NCBI GenBank assembly: GCA_021791245.1 | Contig: JAJYWY010000007.1 | Coordinates: forward strand, 16,340-80,339 | Direction of reading: 5' to 3' | Length of the DNA stretch: 64,000 bases | DNA from: Candidatus Micrarchaeota archaeon | GTDB taxonomy: Archaea; Micrarchaeota; Micrarchaeia; Micrarchaeales; CABMGC01 | Shown: piece after piece, positions 50,363-60,490 of the stretch | How positions within the stretch are numbered: the stretch's first letter is position 1 | How the letters are laid out: every line of letters begins with the position of its first letter | The notes under the pieces: model-generated | What the model was told of the DNA's origin: nothing | The model's database searches: none | What the model saw: the letters and a program-made list of their open reading frames with translations, nothing else | Made by a program: the position numbers and the translations under genes

Positions 50363-50807
50363 TCTCTTTTATAGCTTCGCTTACTTTTGCTGCTACTTCC
50401 TTATACTCTGCTTCAAGCACGGAATTCACCCAGTTGGAGGGGTCATGCCTGTCGCCAAGGTTTGGCGGCCTTAGATAAAATTTGCCCTTTGAATTTTCTA
50501 CAAATCCCATCCTCTTCATGCGGAGAAGATGGTATCTAAGCGTCTTTTCGTTTATCTCCTCCCAGTTCTTGTTTATATATTCTTTCAATTCCTCTATGCC
50601 GGGTTCCTGCCTAACTATGAAATTGTAATGTACAAGCGCATCAAGCACTGCGATTGAACTTAACCTAGACTCCCCCGGGTTTATTATGCCAAGCGAGAGA
50701 GCCATCCATCTTATGAGCGATCTCCTGGTTTCTAAAACCTCGCTAGTGAGCCGTAGGTTCCTTATAGTTATCTCTTTTTCTATCAGCTGCGATTCATTAA
50801 GCACCAT
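50343..50807 (-). CDS. Winged-helix DNA-binding protein (hypothetical)
   Basis: EKTLRYHLLRMKRMGFVENSKGKFYL resembles a wHTH wing. It abuts the CYTH gene and overlaps the downstream gene by 20 nt. Confidence 0.45.
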   Translation of the reverse strand: MVLNESQLIEKEITIRNLRLTSEVLETRRSLIRWMALSLGIINPGESRLSSIAVLDALVHYNFIVRQEPGIEELKEYINKNWEEINEKTLRYHLLRMKRMGFVENSKGKFYLRPPNLGDRHDPSNWVNSVLEAEYKEVAAKVSEAIKEIAGRNK

Positions 50808-51305
50808 TCAATTCACATTTGATATTCCAAATTCCGAAAGGTACCTGTTAGAGTATCTTTCGTCATCCGTGACCTCCCTGCCGAACCATTCCAAAGGTTT
50901 GAAGGCCATGGCAGCTCCCTCATCCGGAAATTCTACCTCGCAGGTCATGAGGCCAGAACAACGCCCTCCATACACGTCGAGCTCCGCTTTGAGCGAAGTG
51001 CCGCTTATAGGTATCAAGTATCTGGTCTTTTCTATCGTCTTTCCCCCAGATTCATCCCACATCTTTTCAAATACTTCTATGCCAACCTCATTTTCTTCCT
51101 CTTCCCGTACCATTCCCTTGCCTTTCTTCACTGTTACAAAATATCTTGCCTTGTTGCCTTTTGTTATCTCGCGTATCCTCCCAGCTTCGGTATACCCTTG
51201 CCTTATCCTCTCATTATCCATGTACTGAAAGCCTTCAGGTGGATTTTTTACAAGGAATTTCCTTTCTATCTCTAATGCCATATTCCCAAGTACTATATAA
51301 TGCAC
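50808..51305 (-). CDS. CYTH-domain triphosphate tunnel metalloenzyme
   Basis: The EIERKFLV signature is at the N-terminus (probable start MALEIERKF at 51281), ~157-165 aa. Confidence 0.8.
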   Translation of the reverse strand: MHYIVLGNMALEIERKFLVKNPPEGFQYMDNERIRQGYTEAGRIREITKGNKARYFVTVKKGKGMVREEEENEVGIEVFEKMWDESGGKTIEKTRYLIPISGTSLKAELDVYGGRCSGLMTCEVEFPDEGAAMAFKPLEWFGREVTDDERYSNRYLSEFGISNVN

Positions 51306-51436
51306 GTATTAATATATTTGTAACTATATTCCATTTGATATGGTTATAAATTCATAGCGGGAAAAATCCTATCTTTTAAATAAGAGATGAAAGCGAAGAA
51401 TGTGGAAAAAGTATATATTTTAATAGTATAATAGAT

Positions 51437-51652
51437 ATGGCCGTCATGAAAACTGCATATAAGTATCGTGCGTATCCTTCACATCCACAGAAACCGGCAC
51501 ACAGCTGCCAGCTGGATGGCTTCCTTCACAAGATGATGCAACAGTCGTTGAATCAGGAACCATACGTGGCGGTTCACGATGACCAATCTAAAACGCCACT
51601 GAAATCCAAAGGCTTCAGTAGTAGGATATCACTTAATAGCTACAATTGCTAA
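51437..51652 (+). pseudogene. Possible relic of an IS200/IS605 TnpB (OrfB) N-terminus
   Basis: MKTAYKYRAYPSHPQK resembles the conserved TnpB start (M..AYKYR.YP...Q), but nothing TnpB-like follows. Confidence 0.25.
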
Positions 51653-51661
51653 GGTGGCATT

Positions 51662-52639
51662 GTGATAGTACTTGGGATAGAGAGCAGCGCGCACACGTTC
51701 GGGGTAGGGATAGTGGATAAAGGCAAAGTGCTCTCCAACGAAAAGATAATGTATCCTATAAATACATCAGGGATAATACCCGCAAAGGCAGCAGAGTTCC
51801 ATTCAGGAAATGCGGCAAAAGTGATAAAGAATGCTCTCTCATCTGCAGGTATAAGCATAGATGATGTCGAAGGGGTAGCTTATACTGCGGGTCCTGGAAT
51901 AGGCCCATGCCTGCAGGTAGGCCAGCTTTCAGCAAAAGCAATTGCACAGGAGCTTGGCATAAAGATAGCACAGGTGAACCATTGCGTTGCCCATATAGAG
52001 ATAGCAAGAATATTATCCGGCATCGATGATCCTTTGGTGCTTTACGTAAGCGGCGGCAATTCACAGATACTAGAACTTGCCAATAAACCCTTCCCGCATT
52101 ACTCTGTCCTTGGGGAAACGTTTGACATAGGCATAGGGAACATGCTTGACAGTTTTGCCAGGGCGCTCGGGCTGAATCCCGCCTGGGGCTCGTCAATAGA
52201 GAGAACTGCAGAGAAGGGAAGTTACATAAAAATGCCATATACCGTTAAAGGCATGGATTTCTCATTCACGGGGCTGTTAACTAATTGCATTAAATTAATA
52301 GGCAAGGAGAGCAAGGAGAACATATGCTTCTCGATGCAGGAGAATGCATATGCGATGCTTTGCGAAGCTACTGAGAGGGCACTCTTTCTAACAGGCAAGA
52401 AGGAACTGCTAATCTCAGGGGGAGTAGCACAGAGCAATAGGCTGAAGGAGATGCTTAAATGCATCTCAATGGATCACGGGATAAAGATGGGCTATGTACA
52501 GAACGAATTCAATGCAGACAATGGTGCAATGATAGCAATGGTGGGCGAAAGAATGATACAAAATGGTAAATATTCCTCCATCAGCGATTGCAAAATAGAC
52601 CAGAAATACAGGACAGATAAGGCGGAGGTGTGCAGGTAA
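51662..52639 (+). CDS. kae1: tRNA N6-adenosine threonylcarbamoyltransferase Kae1 (KEOPS)
   Basis: GTG start, VLGIESSAHTFGVGIV, HCVAHIE metal-binding motif, 325 aa. Confidence 0.9.
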   Translation: MIVLGIESSAHTFGVGIVDKGKVLSNEKIMYPINTSGIIPAKAAEFHSGNAAKVIKNALSSAGISIDDVEGVAYTAGPGIGPCLQVGQLSAKAIAQELGIKIAQVNHCVAHIEIARILSGIDDPLVLYVSGGNSQILELANKPFPHYSVLGETFDIGIGNMLDSFARALGLNPAWGSSIERTAEKGSYIKMPYTVKGMDFSFTGLLTNCIKLIGKESKENICFSMQENAYAMLCEATERALFLTGKKELLISGGVAQSNRLKEMLKCISMDHGIKMGYVQNEFNADNGAMIAMVGERMIQNGKYSSISDCKIDQKYRTDKAEVCR

Positions 52640-53244
52640 TGGATGGGAATACGCGAAACAGGATTATCTCGGAAGGCGCAGAGGCAAAGGTGTATTCTGC
52701 GAATATATTTGGCAGGGAATGCATAGTAAAGGTTAGGTACAGTAAGAGCTACAGGAACAGCATACTTGATATTGGGTTGAGGAAATCGAGGACTAAAAGG
52801 GAATCCAAGATAATGGCCAAGGCCGCTTCATTAGGCATAAAAATACCTAGGATTATTGCATCTGGGGAATTCTCTATATATATGGAAGCTATCCATGGCT
52901 CGATGATGAAAGACTCAAAGTATGGCAAATCCTTTATGAGCGCGCTTGGGAGCGAGCTTTCCAAGCTGCATTCCGCAGGCATTTCGCACGGCGACTTTAC
53001 TCCTGCCAACGTAATTATATGCGGTAGCTCATTCTACATAATAGATTTTGGCCTGTCCGAGATAACGCAGAGCCTGGATTCGATGGCAATAGACCTGCTG
53101 CTTATGAAGCGCTCAAACCCAAAACACTTCAGCTCCTTTAAGAGAGGCTACTCATTGTGGAAAGGGGCCGGGGAAGTGCTGGAGAGGCTAAAAAAAATAG
53201 AGGAAAGAGGAAGGTACAAGACGAGGACACTATCCACTGCCTAA
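52630..53244 (+). CDS. bud32: KEOPS kinase/ATPase Bud32
   Basis: [18 protein letters not shown] and IIDFGLS kinase motifs. It overlaps kae1 by 10 nt. Confidence 0.85.
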   Translation: MQVMDGNTRNRIISEGAEAKVYSANIFGRECIVKVRYSKSYRNSILDIGLRKSRTKRESKIMAKAASLGIKIPRIIASGEFSIYMEAIHGSMMKDSKYGKSFMSALGSELSKLHSAGISHGDFTPANVIICGSSFYIIDFGLSEITQSLDSMAIDLLLMKRSNPKHFSSFKRGYSLWKGAGEVLERLKKIEERGRYKTRTLSTA

Positions 53245-53354
53245 AGCTTTCCTACTCTCCTCTTCGCGGCCTTTTTCATTCTCCTGCGCTTCTTCTTTAT
53301 CCATTTCCAGCGCATTCTTCCTTTTTTCTTCCATTTTCTAGGAATACTACCCAA
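53241..53354 (-). CDS. rpl41e: 50S ribosomal protein L41e (below the ORF-track cutoff)
   Basis: The minus strand encodes (TTG)[36 protein letters not shown]. The [11 protein letters not shown] core matches my memory of archaeal L41e. Alternative starts are GTG 53363 and ATG 53315. The listed ORF 53157..53360 is its shadow. Confidence 0.7.
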   Translation of the reverse strand: MGSIPRKWKKKGRMRWKWIKKKRRRMKKAAKRRVGKL

Positions 53355-53612
53355 ATATAACACCTTTAAGATATCAATTAGGAACATGATAAATTAAATA
53401 CTTTGCCTAGCTTTTGCCGTGTCCAATAAATAATCTATACTACATATTTACGATCTGAAACAATGGAATGGACATCAATTGTCCGGGTAAAATGCAGTAG
53501 TTGCCGTGTTACTACGTCTTGCCCTTTTTTCTATTATGATATCTTTTCGGAATAGATGAATTCGGCATAAGCTTTAAATAGCCAGGAAAAAGGAATATAA
53601 CCGGGGAATTAT

Positions 53613-54629
53613 ATGAACAATAATTTTAGCAAGAACAATAAGGAAACGACCGAAAATGACAAATGGGAATTTGCCAAGATTAAAAGAGCTGCATTCAAGG
53701 CAGTCTCCGTAGTTGCAATGGCATCGGTTATGTATTTAAGCAATCCAAAGCCTGTATTCGCTTCTGCAAAGAGAAATATCTCTCCTGGCCAGTCTGGCAG
53801 CGCTACAATAGTATTTACTCCAAACGGCAACTCAAGCACCCCTATTTCTGCACTGCTTTCCGACAAAGCCCTTTCCGGCTGGATGAAAAATGAAGTTGAA
53901 AAATTAAACTCCAACGGGAGCATATTCGGGGTGGGGGGAGGAGTCCCGCTGTATTACAACCCTATATCAGGCAAAATAACCGTATCCGGACATAAGTATG
54001 GCATTGCAATAACCACAAATTCTCCTACCTGGAAAGGCAGCATACCTGTAAGCGGAGTGAGGATACAGAAATTTTACATAAATTATGCTTCAGGAAGCGG
54101 AAGTAATACAGAAAGCGTTGCTGCTTCGGGCTCTATTGCCATGTACAATGTCAGGTTGCCGCACATAAGCCCAATAATATATAACATAGTGGTCAGCCCT
54201 TCAAGCTACTCCAAGCAGACACAACCACTTACGCAGGTATATGCGCCTTTCAATTTTTATGGGTTCTTTGGCCAGCAAAACATAATGCAGAGCATAGTGA
54301 GCAACATTAAGGACTCTTTAGTCTACGGGATAAATACGACAACGTCAAACTACATAGGCGGAATGATAAACAACCTTTTTGGGATAAACCAGAGCCGGTA
54401 CGCATTAAGCAATGTGGAAGTAGGCAAACAAATAAATGAAACCTGGAATAGGTTCAATGGAGCAAACATTACATTTGCATTCAAAAGCAAGAATGGAAAC
54501 GTTGTAAAGTTTGTAATTCCAGATTATTATGTAAAGGAAACGGTATCTAAAGATGGTGGTATGCACATGGCCGGAAAAGAAATGCCGTTTGTAGGAAATC
54601 CTGAACTGTCAGGCGTGCTGCGCCAATGA
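53613..54629 (+). CDS. Secreted protein, unknown function
   Basis: Sec-type signal AAFKAVSVVAMASVMYLSNPKPVFASA, 338 aa. Confidence 0.5.
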   Translation: MNNNFSKNNKETTENDKWEFAKIKRAAFKAVSVVAMASVMYLSNPKPVFASAKRNISPGQSGSATIVFTPNGNSSTPISALLSDKALSGWMKNEVEKLNSNGSIFGVGGGVPLYYNPISGKITVSGHKYGIAITTNSPTWKGSIPVSGVRIQKFYINYASGSGSNTESVAASGSIAMYNVRLPHISPIIYNIVVSPSSYSKQTQPLTQVYAPFNFYGFFGQQNIMQSIVSNIKDSLVYGINTTTSNYIGGMINNLFGINQSRYALSNVEVGKQINETWNRFNGANITFAFKSKNGNVVKFVIPDYYVKETVSKDGGMHMAGKEMPFVGNPELSGVLRQ

Positions 54630-54840
54630 TATCTTTTCATTCTTATAAAGGATTACACGCGCATTGAGCGGCATATTCCTGCCAGAGTTATAATACTTGT
54701 TTCTTCCCCTCTATTATTATTTGCTGGTATTATGCACAACCCAGCAGGATATGCTTCTGAATGCAAAAGCCTAGCAATCGCTCATATATATAAATTTTGC
54801 ATAATATCTAGATACTGCTGTTAAACTGAAGTGTGCTTAA

Positions 54841-55629
54841 ATGGACAAAAAAATAGGTTTTGCTGTAGGTGGAGCCATAATAATAGTATTGATACTTATT
54901 GCATTGTTCTCAAGCAAATCAGGGCCAACCTCATTCATGTTCTCTACAAAGTCGACAAGCGTCAATACCACCGCATCTACAATAAGTACAGTAATGACTG
55001 CAAGCACAACATCGCCAACCACTACTGTATTAACAACAAGCTGCATATCGCAGAGCAGCGAAACTTACATATACAACGGCAATTTCGATACAGGCACTTA
55101 TGAGGGATGGAATGCAACGGGGCTTGGTTTCGATAACGCCCCGTTCAACATAACGAAAGCCAACAGCGAAGGGAACTATTACGGCTATCCGTGGTCAAAC
55201 TATGTTGGATCATATGTTGCCACTACATACCAAGGCGGGTTCGTAAGGCAGGTAGGCAATCTCACCTCCGATCCGTTTGAAGTGGTGCAGCCTTACCTTA
55301 ATTTCAGGCTAATATCCCCACAGAACAACAAGCTTTACATAGAGATACTGCATGACGGAAATCCTGAGATAATTGCCCATTTCAATACTTATTCTGTGCC
55401 GTCCATACAGAATGGCAACAACACTTCCCAGTCGACTTTTGTAAATGCAAGCATACCCATCTCAACGCTATTATGCCAGAACGTGAGTATAAGGATAGTC
55501 GCCGATGTTGTCGGAACCATTGCCACTAAGAACTACTATATAGCTGCAGGTGATTTCTACATGGGCAAAACTGCAACAGCACCAAGCAGCCTCGCTTCCA
55601 ACATAACAATAACTCCTGTGGTGCCGTAG
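54841..55629 (+). CDS. Membrane-anchored Thr/Ser-rich stalk protein with a C-terminal beta-rich (lectin-like?) domain
   Basis: Anchor IGFAVGGAIIIVLILIALF, then a T/S-rich linker STSVNTTASTISTVMTASTTSPTTTVLTTS. Confidence 0.5.
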   Translation: MDKKIGFAVGGAIIIVLILIALFSSKSGPTSFMFSTKSTSVNTTASTISTVMTASTTSPTTTVLTTSCISQSSETYIYNGNFDTGTYEGWNATGLGFDNAPFNITKANSEGNYYGYPWSNYVGSYVATTYQGGFVRQVGNLTSDPFEVVQPYLNFRLISPQNNKLYIEILHDGNPEIIAHFNTYSVPSIQNGNNTSQSTFVNASIPISTLLCQNVSIRIVADVVGTIATKNYYIAAGDFYMGKTATAPSSLASNITITPVVP

Positions 55630-55639
55630 CGGTGTTCTG

Positions 55640-57100
55640 TTGCTGCGCATATACAACCCCATCTCAAGGAAGAAAGAGGAAGTGACTCCAGGGCATGGCA
55701 GAACAATATCAATGTATGCGTGCGGACCCACAGTGTACTATTTTGCTCACATAGGCAATATGAGGACATATTCAGAAGAGGACATACTTAAGCGGGTGCT
55801 CATTCATAACGGTTATTCGGTAAAGCACATAATGAACATAACGGATGTTGGGCATCTTGTTGGAGATGGAAACATAGGTGAAGACAAAATAGCTATGACT
55901 GCAAAGAAGGAAGGGAAGGATGCGAAAGAAATCGTAACGTTCTATACCGATGCATTCTTCTCTGACTTAAAGGAATTGAATATCCTCCTTCCAGATAAAA
56001 CTCCAAAGGCTACAGAGCACATAAAGGAGATGCTAACCATGATAAAGAATCTCTACAATAAAGGCTTCCTTTACAAGATAAGGACAGGAATGTATTTTGA
56101 CACATCAAAGTTTAAGGAATATGGGGTGCTTACAGGTATGAATTTCAATAAGATGAATGAAAACCTGATTGCCGGGGCGAGGGTCAAGAGGGAGCATGGG
56201 ATAAGGAATACAACAGATTTTGCAGTATGGCGTTTTTTGGAAGATGGAAACAACTGGATGGTATGGGATTCGGAATGGGGAAGGGGATTTCCAGGATGGC
56301 ATATAGAGTGCAGCGCAATGAGTATGAAATACTTGGGAGAGACTATTGACATACACTGCGGCGGCGTAGACCATATACCAATACATCACACCAACGAGAT
56401 TGCGCAATCAGAGGCAGCGACAGGGAAGAAGTTCGTAACGCACTGGTTCCATGTCGAATTCCTTACGGTAAACGGCAGCAAAATGTCAAAATCCCTAGGT
56501 AATATATATACGCTGGAAGACATAAAGAAAAAAGGATTCGAACCTGTAGCACTACGATATTTCTTAATATCCGGCCATTACAGGCAGAAGCTCAACTTCA
56601 CGTTCGAAGCGCTGGAAAGCGCACAGAGGACGCTAGAATACATATTCGGATTCGTAGAAAGGCTGACATCGCACATGAAATTCAGCGAGAAAAGCAATAA
56701 GAAGTTCATCGATTTCGCAACGGACGCAAAATCAAAATTCTTCAAGTCGCTTGATGATGACCTTGACATGCCAAATGCCCTATCTTCAATGCACCTGCTT
56801 ATAAGGGATGCCAATAAGGCACTCGATAAAAACGCATTAAGTGAAGAAGATATCGCAAAAGTTTTAGACATAATGCTTTCATTCGACGAGATACTTGGAT
56901 TAGGCATAGGGAAGAAAATAGTTGAGGAAAAGCATGCCCCGCTTGATAAGGAAATAGAAGATCTCATAAACGAACGCAACGCACTGCGAGGCATAAAGGA
57001 TTTTGCAGGATCGGATAGGATAAGAAAACTGCTTCTAGACAAGTACAAGATAATAGTAGAAGATACCTCGGAAGGAACCAAGTGGAAGAAAGCAAAATGA
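55640..57100 (+). CDS. cysS: Cysteinyl-tRNA synthetase
   Basis: TTG start preceded by GGTG. Motifs are HIGN (FAHIGNMRTY) and KMSKS. Confidence 0.9.
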   Translation: MLRIYNPISRKKEEVTPGHGRTISMYACGPTVYYFAHIGNMRTYSEEDILKRVLIHNGYSVKHIMNITDVGHLVGDGNIGEDKIAMTAKKEGKDAKEIVTFYTDAFFSDLKELNILLPDKTPKATEHIKEMLTMIKNLYNKGFLYKIRTGMYFDTSKFKEYGVLTGMNFNKMNENLIAGARVKREHGIRNTTDFAVWRFLEDGNNWMVWDSEWGRGFPGWHIECSAMSMKYLGETIDIHCGGVDHIPIHHTNEIAQSEAATGKKFVTHWFHVEFLTVNGSKMSKSLGNIYTLEDIKKKGFEPVALRYFLISGHYRQKLNFTFEALESAQRTLEYIFGFVERLTSHMKFSEKSNKKFIDFATDAKSKFFKSLDDDLDMPNALSSMHLLIRDANKALDKNALSEEDIAKVLDIMLSFDEILGLGIGKKIVEEKHAPLDKEIEDLINERNALRGIKDFAGSDRIRKLLLDKYKIIVEDTSEGTKWKKAK

Positions 57101-57192
57101 ACGATTTAGCTAAAACTAATCATTAACAACTTATAAAAATCCACCGCAAAGTAAATCTGATTAAAATGCCTGGATAATAGTATCTAGTATCA

Positions 57193-57630
57193 TTAATTTT
57201 GTATATGCCCATCATTGTTCCCTGAAGATTCTACCTTTCCTCCCCGCTTGACCTGTCTCCCATGCCTTGCAGATGCGAAGAGAACATCTGGGTCTTCTTC
57301 CCCTTCAGCTTCTATCCATGCCTTAATGTATATTCCGATGTTCTTCAAGGGCTTCGTATATCTATCTGTAAAAGAATACATATTGTCCTCGTGCTTCAAT
57401 ATGCCTACGTTTACCCCAAAATCAAGATACCTTTTCCATGTAGCCTGTGGCAATTCATCTCCGCAATCCTTGAGCCTGAGATTCTTTTTCCTTTTCACTT
57501 CGACCAAAGCCTTTGCAAATCTATATGCCTTTGTCGGATTATCGAAGTAAATGGCTGCGACCTCATGTATGCTGGGGTTCTTAAGCTTCTCCTTCAATGG
57601 TGCATCCTCGAATTCCCAGTATTTGATCAT
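57193..57630 (-). CDS. Hypothetical protein, 145 aa
   Basis: A clean ORF with no confident motif. Confidence 0.4.
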   Translation of the reverse strand: MIKYWEFEDAPLKEKLKNPSIHEVAAIYFDNPTKAYRFAKALVEVKRKKNLRLKDCGDELPQATWKRYLDFGVNVGILKHEDNMYSFTDRYTKPLKNIGIYIKAWIEAEGEEDPDVLFASARHGRQVKRGGKVESSGNNDGHIQN

Positions 57631-57638
57631 GGCAATAC

Positions 57639-58748
57639 CTAACCGTATAATAAGGTCACAATATCCTTATCGCTTACAATATGATTTATTCCTACTTTCT
57701 GATTATTAAACCTCACGCTTTTCCCTGTTATGTATGCGCCTCTCAGCCGCTTCTCGGTTTTAAGCCTCAATTTCGCACCCAAGTCAGCAATGCTGCTTCC
57801 AGCTTTTAGTATCAATGGATTTTTAATGTCTGGCTCTTCACCAGATTTTTTCAAGTATACCCTTATTATCCCTAGCTCCCTGAATACTTCTTCCTTGAGC
57901 TGCCCTATGCCCTCATTAGTCAATGCGCTTATAGGAATTACTTTCATGCCTGTATTCATTTCCAATGTTTTCTTTGCATGCATGAACCCTTTGGATATGT
58001 CTATCTTATTTAACGCTATAATCCCCCTCATGTAGACGTTGCCTTCTTCGAGGAACTCCACAATGTCCTCTATCGCAGGATTCCCTGACAGAATTACATT
58101 TGCATTGAATATGCCAAGCGCATTGAGGACTTCCTTTATGTTATTCTGGTCCTCTATTTTGCTGCTCTTTCCAGTTATCTTTATTCCTCCCGTAGGCGTC
58201 TTCTCGACATTTATGCTGCTCTTCTTGCCGCCGAATATTATCCCGAGCTGATGAAGCTCCTTTATTAATCCTATCAGTTTTTCGTATTCGTTTGCATCTA
58301 CCACAAAGACAACTAGGTCTGACACCCTTATTACGCTCGCTATTTTCGCACTCTCTCCCTTTCCTATTCCCGCACCTTCGATAAGCCCAGGTATATCAAG
58401 AATCTGTATCTTTGCAGAGTTTATGTCCAGCATTCCAGGTATGACAGTTAAAGTGGTGAATGCATAATCTGCAACCTTCGATTCTACGTTAGTAAGCGCA
58501 TTAAGCAGCGAAGATTTGCCGGCATTCGGAAATCCCACAAGCGCAACTGTTGCATCTCCTGTTTTCTTAACTGCAAATCCCTTCCCCTTCATCCCTTTCT
58601 TTGAAGCCATCTCTTTGTTTATTCTTGCTATCTTGGCCCTCAGTATACCTAAGTATTTGTTTGTTGCCTTGTTGTATTTTGTTTTTGCATACTGTTCCTT
58701 AAGTTCTTCAATCTGCTTTTCCATATTTTCGCTTCCCATAAGAACCAT
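57639..58748 (-). CDS. Developmentally regulated GTP-binding protein (DRG/Obg-family GTPase with a TGS domain)
   Basis: NKATNKYLGILRAKIA, G1 GFPNAGKSSLLNALT, DIPGLIEGA, and a C-terminal TGS-like segment. Confidence 0.85.
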   Translation of the reverse strand: MVLMGSENMEKQIEELKEQYAKTKYNKATNKYLGILRAKIARINKEMASKKGMKGKGFAVKKTGDATVALVGFPNAGKSSLLNALTNVESKVADYAFTTLTVIPGMLDINSAKIQILDIPGLIEGAGIGKGESAKIASVIRVSDLVVFVVDANEYEKLIGLIKELHQLGIIFGGKKSSINVEKTPTGGIKITGKSSKIEDQNNIKEVLNALGIFNANVILSGNPAIEDIVEFLEEGNVYMRGIIALNKIDISKGFMHAKKTLEMNTGMKVIPISALTNEGIGQLKEEVFRELGIIRVYLKKSGEEPDIKNPLILKAGSSIADLGAKLRLKTEKRLRGAYITGKSVRFNNQKVGINHIVSDKDIVTLLYG

Positions 58749-59093
58749 GGTTTTGCGTATCTGTTATATTTTCATATTCTTATAGCCTTAAGCTGCAAAC
58801 GTAAAACGGCATTGCATATCCGCGAAATTTTCTAACAATACTATGAAATATCCGCTGTCGACGGAAAACCGATATAGCGCCATAAAAATATTTTATTATA
58901 ATATGTGTGTTGTACTAATGTATTTAAATATCTTGAGTAGGTATTTTTATAAATGTTATTAAAAGTGAATAAAATGGCAAAAAAAGCGAAGAAATCTTCT
59001 GCAAAGAAGAAAAAAAGGTAAACCTTGGAAGCCCGCGATTGATTAGGCTTTCTTTTCTTTTATTTTGTTTTACCCTTTTTCTAGAGAACCCGT

Positions 59094-60404
59094 TTACATT
59101 TTTAGTCCAGGCATGAACTTTGACATGTTTTTCTTGAAATTCCTGTCGTTCTGCATCATTCCAATCATTTTCTTCATCTTAGAGAAATCGCTTAGCAACG
59201 CTCTAACATCTTTCTCGCTCGTTCCGCTGCCTATTGCAAGCCTCTTTATGCGCGCCTGGTTGTGAAGCAGCGTATCATTCCTGCGCTCTTCTTTCGTCAT
59301 GGAGCCTATTATCGCCTTGTACTTCTTAAGTTTGTCTTCGCTCTGCTCCACAACGCTGCTAGGAACATCTGCAGCGCCTAGCATTCCAAGGATGCCTTTT
59401 AGTGGTCCCATTCCAGACATTGTTTTGAGCTGGGCGTAGAATGTCTCAAAATTAAGCTCGTTCATGTTTACTTCGTCTGGCTTCAGGTTAGCTTCTTTTA
59501 TCGCATTCTGGACTTTATCCACAAGCGATTCTATGTCGGGCATGCCCAGAAGCCTTCCTACATACTTTTTTGCATCATAGACCTCGAGGTCGTTGAGCTT
59601 CTCCCCGTTCCCAATGAACGTTATATTGACTCCTGCCTCGTTTACTGCACTCAGTGCCCCCCCTCCTTTTCCGGAGCCGTCAAGTTTCGTGACTATCACT
59701 CCATCTATCTTTACTGCAGAATTGAGTTCCTTTGCCTGTGTAGTCGCTATCTGGCCTATATCTGCATTCACTACGAGGAGCTTCTCATCAGGCTTGAATT
59801 CATCCGCAATCAGCGTGAGCTCTCTTATAAGTCCAGGATCTAGCGCGTTTCTTCCGCTAGAATCGCAGATTATAACTTTCCTGTCTTTTAATGCCTCTTT
59901 TCCTTCGCGTATTATCCTGCGCACGTCCTTTTCTCCCTTTATTCCGAAGAAGCCTGCATTAGCCTGCTTCGCCAATGTCTCCAGCTGTTCGTAAGCTGCC
60001 GGTCTTGTAATATCGCAGCATATAAGCCCGGAGCTAATCCCCCTATTCTGGTAATACTTAGCAAGCTTCGCGGCGGTTGTAGTCTTCCCGGATCCGTACA
60101 TGCCAAGCAAAAGGATTCTCTTAGGCTTCATTTCCGGCGAATAACTGCTTCCCATTATCCGTGCAAGCTCATCAAACAGAAGGTTAACTATGTAATCTTT
60201 GGGGTCAATCCCCTTTGGTATGTTAGAATGCAGGGAGGCATCTTCTATTCTCTTAGTAAGCTCGAAGACAAGCTTGACATCCACATCCGCGCTTATCAGC
60301 GCCTTCTGCAGTTCTTTGTTGAACTCCTTTATTGTCTTACTGTCTATTATTGTCTTCCCCCTAAGACGTGCGACAGCCTGCCTGAGCCCTTCTCCTAAAT
60401 CCAT
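59094..60404 (-). CDS. srp54: Signal recognition particle protein SRP54
   Basis: GMYGSGKTTTAAKLA, DTSGR-like CDSSGR, Met-rich M domain. The ORF opens at GTG 60413; ATG 60404 (MDLGEGL) is the likelier start. Confidence 0.9.
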   Translation of the reverse strand: MDLGEGLRQAVARLRGKTIIDSKTIKEFNKELQKALISADVDVKLVFELTKRIEDASLHSNIPKGIDPKDYIVNLLFDELARIMGSSYSPEMKPKRILLLGMYGSGKTTTAAKLAKYYQNRGISSGLICCDITRPAAYEQLETLAKQANAGFFGIKGEKDVRRIIREGKEALKDRKVIICDSSGRNALDPGLIRELTLIADEFKPDEKLLVVNADIGQIATTQAKELNSAVKIDGVIVTKLDGSGKGGGALSAVNEAGVNITFIGNGEKLNDLEVYDAKKYVGRLLGMPDIESLVDKVQNAIKEANLKPDEVNMNELNFETFYAQLKTMSGMGPLKGILGMLGAADVPSSVVEQSEDKLKKYKAIIGSMTKEERRNDTLLHNQARIKRLAIGSGTSEKDVRALLSDFSKMKKMIGMMQNDRNFKKNMSKFMPGLKM

Positions 60405-60490
60405 GCGATTCACAGCAAAAACAGATAAAATAAGCGTATAATATATAATAATAAAAGCTATTTAGAAGTTTACGTGCAAATGCAATAAAA

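Noticed and set aside
58749-58973. A structured or small RNA in the long DRG upstream spacer (GTCGAC-centred complementarity around 58851-58862)
   Set aside because: Only a short palindrome is present and no extended helices or box motifs. This is insufficient to call a feature.
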